A stretch of DNA of 56,059 nucleotides, taken from positions 1-56,059 of the forward strand of contig NIVC01001490.1 in assembly GCA_002269645.1 (NCBI GenBank), written 5' to 3'. Both the position numbers and the translations under genes were made by a program. This document shows positions 34,990-48,600 of this stretch, piece after piece (positions within the stretch are counted from its first letter, which is position 1; each line of letters opens with the position of its first letter). This stretch comes from Macrostomum lignano (lineage: Eukaryota). Below the pieces are notes generated by a model. That model worked only from the letters and a program-made list of their open reading frames with translations, made no database searches and had not been told where the DNA came from.

Positions 34990-36318
34990 CCCGATTCTAG
35001 AAGCAAGGCGAGAGGCCGGGTCCGCCAGGGCCTGGAAGGCGCCTGGAACGTGAAAGGCCCGCAGCCGCAGACTCCACGCGTCGCAGGCAAGCGACAGCGT
35101 GTGCAGGAGCCGGTTGACGTCGTTACATGGCGAGCTGAGCTTGTTCAGCGCACCGACAGCCGCCGAGCTGTCGCTGTACACGACGATATCCGCACCGGCG
35201 AAGCGGCCCGGGGCCGCGAGGATGCTGAGGACAGGCGTGATGGTCTCCTTAACGTTGATGTGGGCCGAAGCAAAACGGCCACCAGCGTCGTTCTTCCAGT
35301 TGATGTAGAGCCAGTCGGACTTATTGGCCTCCCGAACAATGCAGGCACCACCCGAGTTGCAGGCGTCAGTCTCAATGACGATCCTTCGAGCGTAGCGAGG
35401 CCAGATGGGCGCGCAGCCAACAGACTGAAGGCTTCTCCTCCACCAGTGCAGCAGCTCAGTGAGGTGCGGGGTCAGCCGCAATTTGTCACCAGGTCTAGTC
35501 GCCCGGCTCGCCAGCATCAGTAGAGGGCGGATGGAAGCTCAGCCTTTCCTGGTCACGCTGCTTACCCAGGACAGCTTGCCGCAGATCCGCTGAATGTCGC
35601 GCTTGCTGATGGCACCGCGTCGATGCAAGCAGCTCCCAAGTGCGTCTTCGAGTGCACTGAGCTTTGCCGGTGGGATGCTCAGCATCCCCGACTTTGTGTC
35701 AATCAGGACGCCCAGGAAAACCGTGCGCCGCGACGGCCCGCTAGACTTCTTTTCGTTGATGGTGAAACCGAGGCTCGTCGCCAGGCTTCTCAAGCTCTCG
35801 TAAGCCTCGACACAGGCCTCGTAGGTGCTCCCGTGGTCGTGGTCGCAACCGCAGAAATCCGCAACGAGTGGTGCCGCCCGTAGCCCTGGTTGAGCTATTG
35901 AGGGCTCGAGCCTGGTCTCGAACCCGGGACCTCTGAGCATACTCGGGATATTCATGTCGCTACTACAATCAGAGGGCTCATTAAGAAGCTGTTGGTCCAC
36001 CTCACCTGGTCTAAATCGGCCTTCCAGCTGCTGGCGCATTGCTGCCGTCTCCGATTCCAGGCTAGCTATCTTCCGCCGGAGCTCTGCTAGGTCCAGCGCC
36101 TCCCCTGCCTCCAGCCTTTGTTGCTGCTGCTGCCGCCGACCTTCGCTGTCGGTCTCCGCGGAGTTTGACGCCGCTTGTTCCCGCCGACTAGCTGCTTCGT
36201 TCTGGTTCATCGCAGTGGAGAGTCTGCTGACCAGGTCTTTCTTGTAGCCATGCGTGCTCAGACCCCTATCTCTCAATTCTTCACGTAGCTGATTTACAGT
36301 CATCCTACGCAAACTCAT
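34990..36318 (-). pseudogene. SAP domain fused to RT C-terminal (thumb) region and DIRS-type RNase H; in-frame TGA at 35541-35539
   Basis: MTVNQLREELRDRGLSTHGYKKDLVSRL (SAP); LGFTINEKKS..P....FLGVLID (RT C-terminal); IETDA, HINVKE, VYSDS, HVPG...ADPASR (RNase H); the two ORF-track ORFs share one frame. Confidence 0.85.
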
Positions 36319-37543
36319 AGTACCCAGAGTAAGTTGAGTAATTAAGTTGGGCTAGCCAAAAATCGCAAAAAAACGCACGCAAGCTGGCGAGGAGAGATAG
36401 GCTGAGGCGGGCACAACGCACGGGGCTAAAAAGGCCCCACAGACACCCACCCCCGCCTCGGGGGCGGCGCACCCACCCCCGTACCAAGCACCCCCAAAAC
36501 GGGCGACGACAAGCCCCCCCCTGGCCCCGCTAACAGCGATTCGCCAGCCAATCTACACTTAAGGGGCGCCATCATCGCCAGACACAATGGGGCTCCCAGC
36601 TGAGCAGGACCCCAAAAGCAAAAAATTAATTTTCTGTTTTTCATTGGCATATATTGTGGTTATATATTTGCATCGTACCCATTTTGATCGAAACGGGTAT
36701 ACTTTTTACTACCATTTGTGGCATATCCTTGTGCTAAAAGTAAAGGACGTACATACATGTACATGTATGTACGCAAGGACTACTAGACTAGGAACGAAGT
36801 GTTCCTAGTGGTCCAATATCACATTATCTAGACAGCGGGCCTGGGTTGTTTGAAGGTACACGCCAGAGGCGCGGCCGCGCCCACCATGCAGTCACCTATG
36901 CAGGTCAAGTACACCGCGGTAGAGACTCCCTCTCTAACGAGACGAGACTCCCGCGGTTTGTAACAGACGTAAGTTCTTGACCCGCAACTATGATAGAAAT
37001 GGCCGATTAGGGACTCTATGCGAGGCATGCAAAGGACAGTCTAGTCAGTTGCTGGAAACGAGGACTTTTGCATAGGAGGATCGAAAGGCACAGCTCAGAG
37101 CGAGGGGAAAGCTCGGCACCAGCAAAAGGGTGGCACAGGAAACGGGGAACGATAAAAACAGAGTGGAGAGAGGGGGAGGTAGCCGCTCAGGGCTTAAAAC
37201 GGCTCAATCTGTCCTCCAACTCTGAAGGTCATGTCCTCCAACTTTTTTGGCGCTGCCATAAGGCACAGCGCGCGGATAGCTTGCAGACCCGCCTTTGACA
37301 GGAAGAGATCCGTCTTATCTCGGGGTTCAGCAGGAGTGACGTGTCTGTGAGCTTATTAATGCGCGCTGTGTGGCTGATAGGTAGGCGTTGTGTCCATGCT
37401 TCGGCCATGTTAGCGTCGCCTAAATTGAGCTTTTGGCTCTCCCTGTCTGCTTGCGACGCCCATTGACACGTCGTTTGATTAAATCAAGCGAATGCGCTAT
37501 TGCGAAAAGTGCAGCCAGCTTTACGAGTAGTTGGCTGGTGGAA

Positions 37544-39208
37544 CGGTTTACTCCCGATTCGCCGAATCCCGATTTGCCGATTCCTGGTTCGCCGAAATTC
37601 CTGATTTGCCGAATCCGTTTACCGTTTTGTATCTTAATAATCCGTTTAATATTTTGCGATTCCGTTTGTAATATGAGCGTAATAAAACTAGTTTGTCACT
37701 AAGTTGTGAGGCAGGCTCATTATTATATGTACTCATTAATACTTGTATGCTTATTTTCTTGTATGCCTTACTAATAGTCTAGTGGCCTCAATACATTAGT
37801 TTTACGTTTTTAACGCAAATTCACTATTTTTATCACTCTTACTCGTAGCCTTATTAGAGGTAAATATACGTGAGTAAATGGTTATTTTTATACTGTAAAT
37901 CTGTTGCCAAATAATTCTTTTTGTAGCATTTGTTAAAAATTGTCCGCCATATTTAGTGAAAATACTATATATACTCGCAAATATACAGCAAGAGAAAACC
38001 AACCTTGTCTGCCTCCGTGCTAAGTCTGGAGTATGAACAGTTTGTTCTAAAAATAGCTTGACTCACTGTTCCTCTTTTAGGCGCTCAGCCTTCCCTTTCC
38101 ACAGGCTTGCTCAGAAACGTACAGCCACTCCCGTTCCCTCGAACGCTCTCCAGAGCGATCCAAGCCCACGCAAACCCCCCTTTCTTTCCGGACGTACAAT
38201 AGTCCCAAGAAGCCCTTCCCGCGCTTCCCCAGACATAGTGACTGCCAAGCCCGCCCAGACTAACTGCCCCTTAATATTAGACTCTTGATTCCGCTACGTA
38301 ATTCCCAATGAAGCAACCTGCCCTCCCCGCCAGCATTCCCTATTAATCATTAGAATTCCCCACTAGCGCGCCAGGCAACTCTAATCCACCGCGAAGCCCT
38401 TACCTCCCCCATCCATATCCCCCCGGACTGAATAGAAACTGTGTCTTGCCGCTCGGACACACTCACGCCACCAGGAGCAACCTAGAGCTTACTCCTATCA
38501 GTAGTAGAAATTGTGTTTTCTTTAAAATCCCAAGAGACCCTCGAAATTCCCTGCAATAATTTAATAAACGAAGTTAATACTCCCCGACCCCTACAACAAA
38601 TTGGTGTCAGCAATAGGAAAACTTCCCTCCCCCAAGACCCCTGTAACAATTTGGTAGCAGCGTTGTGATAAACCACAGGCAGAAGAAGTTATACCCTGTA
38701 ACAAATTTGGTTGCAGCAGTGAGATTCATAACCAGAAAGCCAAGAGCCCTGTAACAGTTGTTTGTTTTGCATTTCACTCGAGCGATTCATATTTTGCTAA
38801 GTTCATTTTGCATTTTCCTGGTATGCTTTGCGTTCTACATATTAGTCAATACCAGTCGTACATATCGTCAATACACCAATTAACGAAACTAGAAACTAGA
38901 ACAATTTGAAACTAGAACAAATGGTTCAAACAACGTTTAGCTACTGCATAAATGGAAATTATTCATGTATAACTGAGTGGTAATGTCTTCAAAAAATTTC
39001 AAAAAGTTCCAGAGAAGCGATTAAGAATTTCGGCGAATCAGGAAATTAGCAAGTCGATATTCGGCAAATGAGGAATTTCGCCAAATCAGGAATTTCGGCA
39101 AATCGGGAATCGGCGAGTCGGGAATTTCGGCGAACCAGGAATCGGCGAATCGGGATTCGGCGAGCTGGGAATCGGCAAATCGGGATTCGGCTAATCGGGG
39201 GTAAACCG
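37544..39208. mobile_element. Non-autonomous TIR element with subterminal (TTCGCCGAA/ATCCCGATT)-type repeats (MULE-like)
   Basis: Left CGGTTTACTCCCGATTCGCCGAATCCCGATTTGCCGATTCC matches the reverse complement of the right end ...GATTCGGCTAATCGGGGGTAAACCG; possible imperfect 6-bp TSD GTGGAA/GTTGAA. Confidence 0.75.
37707..38756 (+). mobile_element. LTR-like insert (TG...CA) inside the TIR element
   Basis: GTTG on both sides (37703-37706, 38757-38760); AATAAA at ~38564; ends with repeated ...AACA + TGG PBS-like motifs; terminal inverted match limited to TG/CA. Confidence 0.45.
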
Positions 39209-39699
39209 GTTGAAATGCTAAGCGAGAGCAAATGGGGTTGCGGGCGCAGGACTAAAAATCAATGAGCGCAGGGTGCGCATTGGTGCGCGAGTATTGGAGT
39301 GAGAGTAAGGCCAAGTACATGTAGGCCAAGTGTTGATGAGTCATAGTGTAAACGTACAGTCATTATCAGTGCAGTCAATTAAGAGTAGCTCGTAATCGAT
39401 GTGCAAGCTCAGCGCTGCTTCAAAAGGTACGTTTGTTACATAAATTTATTAATTAATTCAGTCCTAAATTGTATTTTAATAATTAAATTTCCGAATTTTT
39501 TATTTTCAATGTAAATGAATTAGGAAATTTCGCATAAATGCTCGCGACTTTCAATATCTATAAAGAGGGTAGACGTCTTTTGACTGGCGCTGTCAAGTCT
39601 GTGACCCACAGTTTTAAGTCCGCGGTCGACCTGCAATCTGCTGTCGAGCCACCACATTGCTGCAGAAGTAGCACAGCTTCAGGAGCTTTACGATTATGT

Positions 39700-41673
<1,974 letters not shown>

Positions 41674-41694
41674 TCACTGCCACAGTTTTACCTT

Positions 41695-42006
41695 GGGGGT
41701 TGTAGCCTAGTGGTCAGAGCGTCGGACTCACGACTTGAAGGTCGGGGGTTCGATTCCCGACCCCTCTGGAACAATTTGTGTCCTTGAGCAAGACACTTAA
41801 CTCTGCATTGCTTCAGTTCACCCAGCTGTAAAATGGGTGCCAGCATTAGCTGGGGTAATTGAGGGTGTGTGTGGCGACCCCCCTAGTCCTTGGACTGAAC
41901 AGCCGTATGCAGCCTTCAGATGCGCCGCGCAATAGCTGCGGCTGAGCTGTCGGTTGCACATTTGCCCATTGGACAGGTGTAATCAATTATTATTATATTA
42001 TTATTA
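41695..42006 (+). mobile_element. tRNA-derived SINE with a CORE-like domain and (TTA)n tail
   Basis: A-box TAGCCTAGTGG at 41703-41713, B-box GGTTCGATTCC at 41747-41757; TGTGTCCTTGAGCAAGACACTTAAC...CTGTAAAATGGG resembles the MIR/CORE consensus; TSD TTTACCTT (41687-41694, 42007-42014). Confidence 0.85.
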
Positions 42007-43164
42007 TTTACCTTCTACAAATTTACAATTTAAAAGTTTTATTTTTACCATTTTATTATTTAATTCACTCTGCGGGGCTCGTGAAATGAATGAAATTAAG
42101 CTTTGGTCACTTTTGCTTTTTTTCTGCAGTTCAATTAACATTTTAGAATGTTTTTCGCTGCGAAGGAAGTGCATTGATTTTATGCTAAATATTGAAATAA
42201 ATTGGACATCGCGGGTCTTAGACAATTAGACAATAAAACAAACTCAATTAAAATGGAAAGCTAATATGCATTGACTAATACTATTGCACTAAAAGAATGA
42301 TTGAAACTATACAGAATTGTTCTTCCTTCATTGTCGCCGAATTTGACTAGATTTTCGCCGAATTTGCTTTCGCCGAATTTGTCCATGGTGAATCTCTGTC
42401 GCCTAATTGGTCAGCACCCCTTATTTCTAGCAATAAAATCACAGCTTGTCACGCGACCACGTGAGCATGATGCGTAATATTGAAAGCCGTGACTTGTCCT
42501 TGACCTCGGCCGTTACCAAGCAACCCTGATGACGTCGTCACCCGTCATCCGCATTGTGATTGAACGAGAAATCGGGGTGGCGAAGCGAAGAAAAAAGTTT
42601 TTTATAGGGGATTACGTAACAGGCAGGAAAAATCTTGGGGAGATTGGAGGCCATAAAACTGTCACACGTATGAATGATTTCGAACAATAGAAAGGAGTTG
42701 AGGTTGGTGCGTGGGAGTGGGGTTGGGTTATCGGGCATGAGTCATCGAGCATGAGTCATCGAGAATGAGTAATATCGGGGGTGCAGGAATCACAGTGAAA
42801 GAAAAGAGGGTCCGTAAAAATTAGTGGTTAATTGATTACTCGTTGAAAAAAGATTTTTCCTATCTCTGCGGTGCATATATTCTAGGGAAATTTGGCCTTC
42901 GGACATGAGACATAAGGGGAAGGGCTGAACTTTGCGCCATCTCAAAGACAACAAAATTTTAACCGAACTAACTAAAAACTATCATTTTCAAATGCAGCTA
43001 ATCCAGAGTTTTAAGTATTAAAAGTTTTGATGCAATGCAAACAAGCGCGGGCCTTCAAATATTTTGTTATATTTACGAGTGTTACGTCCTGATACAGCGG
43101 TAAACTTTCAGTGGTAAAGGTTTTAATCGTGTAGGAATAAATATTGACTGCTTCCCATGAATGC

Positions 43165-43914
43165 TGTGGTGAGTACACCTCTCCCAGCCCGTTTTAAAGA
43201 ACACGTGGTACTCTCCCGCGTTGTTTATTTACATGCATTTCTCTCGAATCTCTCCGCGCGGATGCCGGTCTGGTGAAAACCGGCTCACCTCAGTTCTCAA
43301 ACTCTTCTTTGGGGTATGAATAAGCCTGCGTGATTGGCTGGGCCTAACACCTCCCTCGCGCCATTTGGGGGGGTTGGCCTCTCTTAGCCGTGTGGCCGCC
43401 CTCTGCACCATCCCGCTCCGCCTGTATTTAAGTAGGACCTCTGCTAAGATTTTCTGTTACTTTCGACTTGCGGCCACACCCGGTCATTGCTCTCTGTGTG
43501 TCCACCTGCTCTCTGTGAATCTGCGCTACGGTCCCAATTGCGTCTACCTGTTCTTTGCGATTCTGCCTGCGTTCCCATTGCGACTGCGCCGCGCCGGAAA
43601 CCGTGAACCGTGAGTTGAACCGTGAACCGTGAACCATCACCCGAAACCGTGAGACCCTTCTAGCCTGCCGTGTTGTTCTTTGGGGTTGGTTGCTTAGGGC
43701 CTAGGCGGGATTAGAGCGTCGTACGCAGCTGTCTCAAAACCACCCCGACCGGCACCGCGTCGTACGCGTGCTGGAGGCAGTCGAGCCGCTCGAACTGCCC
43801 TATCCCATGACTCTGCGTCGTACATGTACGCGAGTGGGTTGGCGACCACAGCGAGAGTCCGAACACGAGCCCGAACTCCGGGAGAAAATACCGGGATTTC
43901 CCTCTGTCACCACA
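43165..43914. mobile_element. Solo LTR (750 bp)
   Basis: TGTGGTGA...TCACCACA 8-bp inverted termini; 4-bp TSD ATGC (43161-43164, 43915-43918); internal CCGTGAA repeats. Confidence 0.88.
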
Positions 43915-45617
43915 ATGCTACATATATATCTGACAGTGTCTGATCAATTGAATATTGCTGCCGATTAGATCTGATCTACTGGGTGCCGATGAAAGATAGT
44001 AATAATGTGGAAATTTGACGGCGTTTGAAAAATACTTTTTTTATATTTACCGAAGTGTCACCATATGGCGGCAGCAATTTATTACTGAAATAGAAAATAA
44101 AGAAGGCGTACACTGCGATAAACTTCAATGCAACAACAATAAGGGGTTCAAATAGCTAGAAAGAATCTGCTAATAAAAATAAGAGAGCTTTATATTTTTT
44201 TCATCCGGGTTTAGTCATTAGCTTTCGAAAAAAAAATTGTAGTTATAAAACTGCGAAAAAACAGGATAAATATGAGATAGAAAAATATTACTTTTACTTT
44301 GCAGGCGTCAAATACTCTATCAGTTTACTTTGGCAAGGTAAAATCTATCCAATAATTTTGGGGCAAAGCAGCATTTAGCTAAAAGAAAATTTTTGGATTC
44401 GGGATGCAATAAAAACTTTTAAAGCACAGAAAGCAAAATACAAATAACGATTCTGCCCATCTAACAACAGAAAATGTACCAAATTAATCTCAAAACTTGA
44501 AAAAATATCACGGGTCCCCTGCATTAACCTGTAACCTGTTATGTATGGATTTTAATAACCTATCATTCTGGTTAAAGCATGAATAGATACTTTGGAGTCG
44601 CACGATAAAGCTGTCGTAGCGTAATTTCGGTCGTACGTCGGATCTTTTACACTACGAAGATAGGAGCTAGGAACGATCTTATCTTACGATCGCTTTATAG
44701 AACGGGAAATTTGAGTCTTCTGAAAGGTCATAGCAATCTGTGGGCTGCATGCATGTGATGCTGATGCCATATTTAAAGCTGCGGGCAGCTGCAGGGAACC
44801 CTAGTATCAGCATTAATATAATCTATTATAAAAGTTGTAAACAAAGATAATAGAAAAATAGTTGAATACATTAAAGATACAAAAAGATAAAAATATCCAA
44901 AGCCGGTAAATTTAACTTCTTTGAAACACTTGAAATAATAGTAGCAATGTGGTTTTACTATATTGCGGGACAGAAACTAGGCAAGATGGGTTATAGTGTG
45001 GTATGCATGCGTTTTAAATACGAATCAGCTATATATGTGGGATAATATTAAACAACGCACATAGTTACAAATAAAATTTTCCATAACACACTTATCATTC
45101 TAAACAGTTCAACAACGTCTATCTATAATCTCGTATTTTAAAAAATAGCCAAACATGCCCAGCTCATCTACTGCAATTTTTATTTTACTACTCAGTTTCT
45201 ACTGAAGTACAATTAAATGTCAACAATTATTCTCAGCTTACCTTTGTCATACAGAGTATTATTTGTGCAGTAATCGGTAAAAATAGACAGAACACACTAA
45301 ATATGAAGACTTAAAACGATTTACTATAAAAACAATCATTCACCATTAACGGCTTATTCGCACTTCTATCAAATGAGCCATCAACTATATGTTTTTTTCC
45401 ATCAACTAGCAAGACAAATAAATCAAATTTGATTCTCAGACAGTGAGATGAAAGGAAATTTGGACTCATTTGATGGAGGCTTGAACAACCCTTAGTCGGC
45501 ACTCCCTAACTTCGTAAAACTATAACGTCACATTAAGTAAAATATATAGTTCCATCATCCTTTAATTGCTGGTTTGTAGCAACAAACTCTCTCCGGTGTG
45601 CCGCTTCACTCAGTCGC

Positions 45618-48600
45618 TCAGTTCTCGACTCTGGACATTTCGATAGATCCGCCTCCCTGTGTATTGCCTGGTGTTGGAAAGAAAAGGTGACTGTAACTTA
45701 CAACTGGCAAATTTGACAATGAGTCCTGTTTGTGATAAAATTTATAAGCTCTTCTACTTTTGACAATAAGACCCGAATCAAAGCTACTTACTTCTAGCCA
45801 GCAGGCTGGCACGGGAGTTGCCGTTGCCGCGTTCACCGCCCACATCGACTCGGCTGCCGCTACGGCCTTGGCCGGCGCTGGCCCTGCTGCCGCTCCTAAC
45901 GTTGCTCTGCGATTCATCGGCGACTTTTGACGTTTGGGAGCTCTTCTTCATCAGCAGAACGATGACCACAATAGCCACAATTAGGCCAATACCTCCTAGC
46001 GAGGCTCCAACAGCTATGGCGACGATGTTGCTGCCATCGCCATCGACAATCACAGCATCTGTCTTCACGTCCAGCACCTGCAGATAGTCCCAGGACACGC
46101 TCAGGCTGCTGTTGCTCAGGTCTAGAAGAACTAACTGGCGGTTGTTCATGAGCTGCACAAGCAGTTGGGTAGCGGATGAGGCGCTAGTATTAGCACCAGA
46201 CTGGCTGTTGATGGTAAAACTGATCAAGACGCTACCACTCGTGAACTGCATGTTAGTAATTTGCGACTCGCTGAGCCTGAGCTGACGTGCGATCTGACTC
46301 GTTAGGTGACCTCGAAGACTGGTTTCACTTGTAACAACGCTGGAAAACGACTCTGTGACCTTGATCTGCAGCGTCACAGCTGAGGTCTGTGTCTCCGAGA
46401 GGGTCGGAGCAGTTACGCTGGGAGCCACGGTTGTTGACGTTGTTGCCGTTGTTGGGCCTGTGGTACTTTCAGAGGTAGATGGAGCGATGGTTGTCTCCGG
46501 TTGGAAGCCTGGTGGTCCCTCAAAAACGCCAATGAATGAGGATATGTCATGGCACACACACGTTACGTGCCAGATGCCATCGTCGGTCTGGAATGGCGCG
46601 CGAGTTGTGCAGTTATCCGGGGTCCAGTCGGCTCCGCTCCAGCTGCGGCAGATGAGACTGATGCTACTAAGATTCACAGAGCCACTGATGTTGGTGGTGA
46701 TAGTCACGCCATCACCAAGGCGTGAAACATTCTGGTTCGCGCCGTCGCTCGGGTGAAATATTCCTACGTAGGCCAGAGGACTGCGTCGCGGAGAAATCGT
46801 CGGAGAAGCCACTTTGGCCTGTGTAGTGAGCAGATCCTTGTCCAGCAGGATGGTTCCGATGCAGGCACCGTCCTGGAAGCAGTCAGTCTGGCCACATGAC
46901 CAGTTATAGTAGCGCTGCTCGAGATCGTCTCCAAGTGCAACCTGTTGACGGACTGTGAAATTGGATAGACAGTCGGTGCTTCCTGAGTCGCATCCCATCT
47001 CCAGATTGGCTGAACCGACTGAGTTGAAAGACGTCTTGTACACGCGTACAACAGCCATTGTAGACGCTGCCGCCTGAGCTAGCGAGTTCGGATTTTGACT
47101 GTTGCAGAAGGCAGGAACGGTGTTAAGAATTGTAGCCTGGATATCAGCAGCTGTCATCGAATCGAGTGTAGAATGATAGTTTCCAGATGCGATGTCGAGG
47201 ACGGACTTCACTTCAGTGGAGGTCATTTTGCTTGTTGTTCCACCCTGAGATCCCGACGTGTCGCGCCTTCGCCTTCGCTTACCAAGCACGCCATTTGAAA
47301 AAACTTGTGAGACTTGAGAATTGAAAGCATCTAGACATTTTTTCAGAGCATTCAGTACCAAGTTAGTTATATACTGGCTGTTGGCTTTCGTTTTCCGAAA
47401 CAGTTGACAGCTTGTTGCAGTCCTCAGACAGGAGACCGATGGCACACTGAAAGAATATATGTAGATATAGATATGCACTACGGAAACAATTAACGCTTTT
47501 GCGTGACACAAAAAGAATTCATTAAAAAGAAGTAGAAAAGTGGCGAATTCGTTATATTCTAGACAAATTCAAATTCCACAGAATTCTTACTTGATGTCTA
47601 GAGTCATAACGTCCCGAATCGCCAGTCCCTGCACCAGCTCATTCTTCTTGTTCTTTTCCTCAGTTGACAGGCCAGTATCCGGCTCATTCAGAATCATACC
47701 GCCCAAAGCTGGAGCGTCAACTATAATTTAGGATATGAAATCGATGCAAGTTATTATTTAATTTTGATGAAATTGAACTAAAAATGGAAATAATTTGATC
47801 ACGCTCACAGCTGTTTGAAATATTGTTCAAGTTGTTTAGTAAATCGTCGAGCTTGGCAAGCGTTAGCTGCTTCGCTTGCACCTGAATTACAGTAGTAAAT
47901 GAGAACCAATCGGAGCCTGCTCCGTTAGAGTCGATGGCTGAAGCTTTGCAGATCCAGTTTCCTCCAGGTAAACGAGTGGTGAGCAGTCTAGCGGGGGTTG
48001 GTTCACTAGTTACGCTGACGCACTGGCTTGATGAATCTTGGCGACAGCACATGGCGCTGTAACTGAAGGACACGTCCGAATCGTCAGTGATATTCGGCCA
48101 TATGGTGAGCGTGAAGGAGGTCTCCAGAGCGGCTCCTTGGCTGGGAGTCACAGACAGTGCTCCACCACTTGGTGGCGCATTCACGCGGAAGTCGAACTGG
48201 GCCTGAGCGGTCCCGGAACTGGCGCTGGCGATCAAAAGCAGTCGGTAGGAGACACCGGCAGCAAATCTGCAGCTCCGTCCTGGCTTGAGAACCAAAGTGA
48301 TGAAGCAGCGTCGATTGGGTACGCATGTATCGGCCAGCGGCGGTCCTACTGAGCACTGCTGAAGCGACAGCGAGCCAAAGCCAGTCTCTTGAGTATCCAC
48401 AGACCATTGAATCTGGGTTATCTCACTGGCAATCACTAAAGCTGTCACCGGGACAGCAGCGTTTGGATTGATTGGTTTGTTGCTCGGCTCGGTCAAGATA
48501 CGGACTGATGGAGGTGGACGAGGCAAAATCTGCACAAGCTTTGTACGACTGGACCTTCGCTGACCCCGCTGACAACTGACGGTAAGGTTCATGAAGCCTG

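Larger units (their letters stand above)
33391..36561 (-). mobile_element. Ngaro/PAT-type tyrosine-recombinase (DIRS-order) retrotransposon, internally deleted, defective
   Basis: Split direct repeats in order A1 (36561-36367), ORFs, B1 (33842-33785), A2 (33783-33592), B2 (33452-33395); TTA at both ends and at the B1/A2 junction; encodes SAP, partial RT, RNase H and YR. Confidence 0.9.

Noticed and set aside
36810-37540. GC-rich block that may be another LTR-type sequence interrupted by the TIR element
   Set aside because: No termini or TSD could be identified
38586-38760. Repeat-spacer pattern resembling a CRISPR array
   Set aside because: Eukaryotic context, only 3-4 degenerate repeats, no cas genes; better explained as LTR-end/PBS-like motifs
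41695-41766. Possible tRNA gene
   Set aside because: Anticodon and T stems are imperfect, and it continues into a CORE-like body, tail and TSD, so it is a SINE head
42445-42540. GTCACGCGAC, CACGTG and TGACGTC motifs resembling CLEAR/E-box/CRE sites for the lysosomal M6PR gene
   Set aside because: About 12 kb from the M6PR ATG and separated by several transposons; short motifs with no TSS evidence
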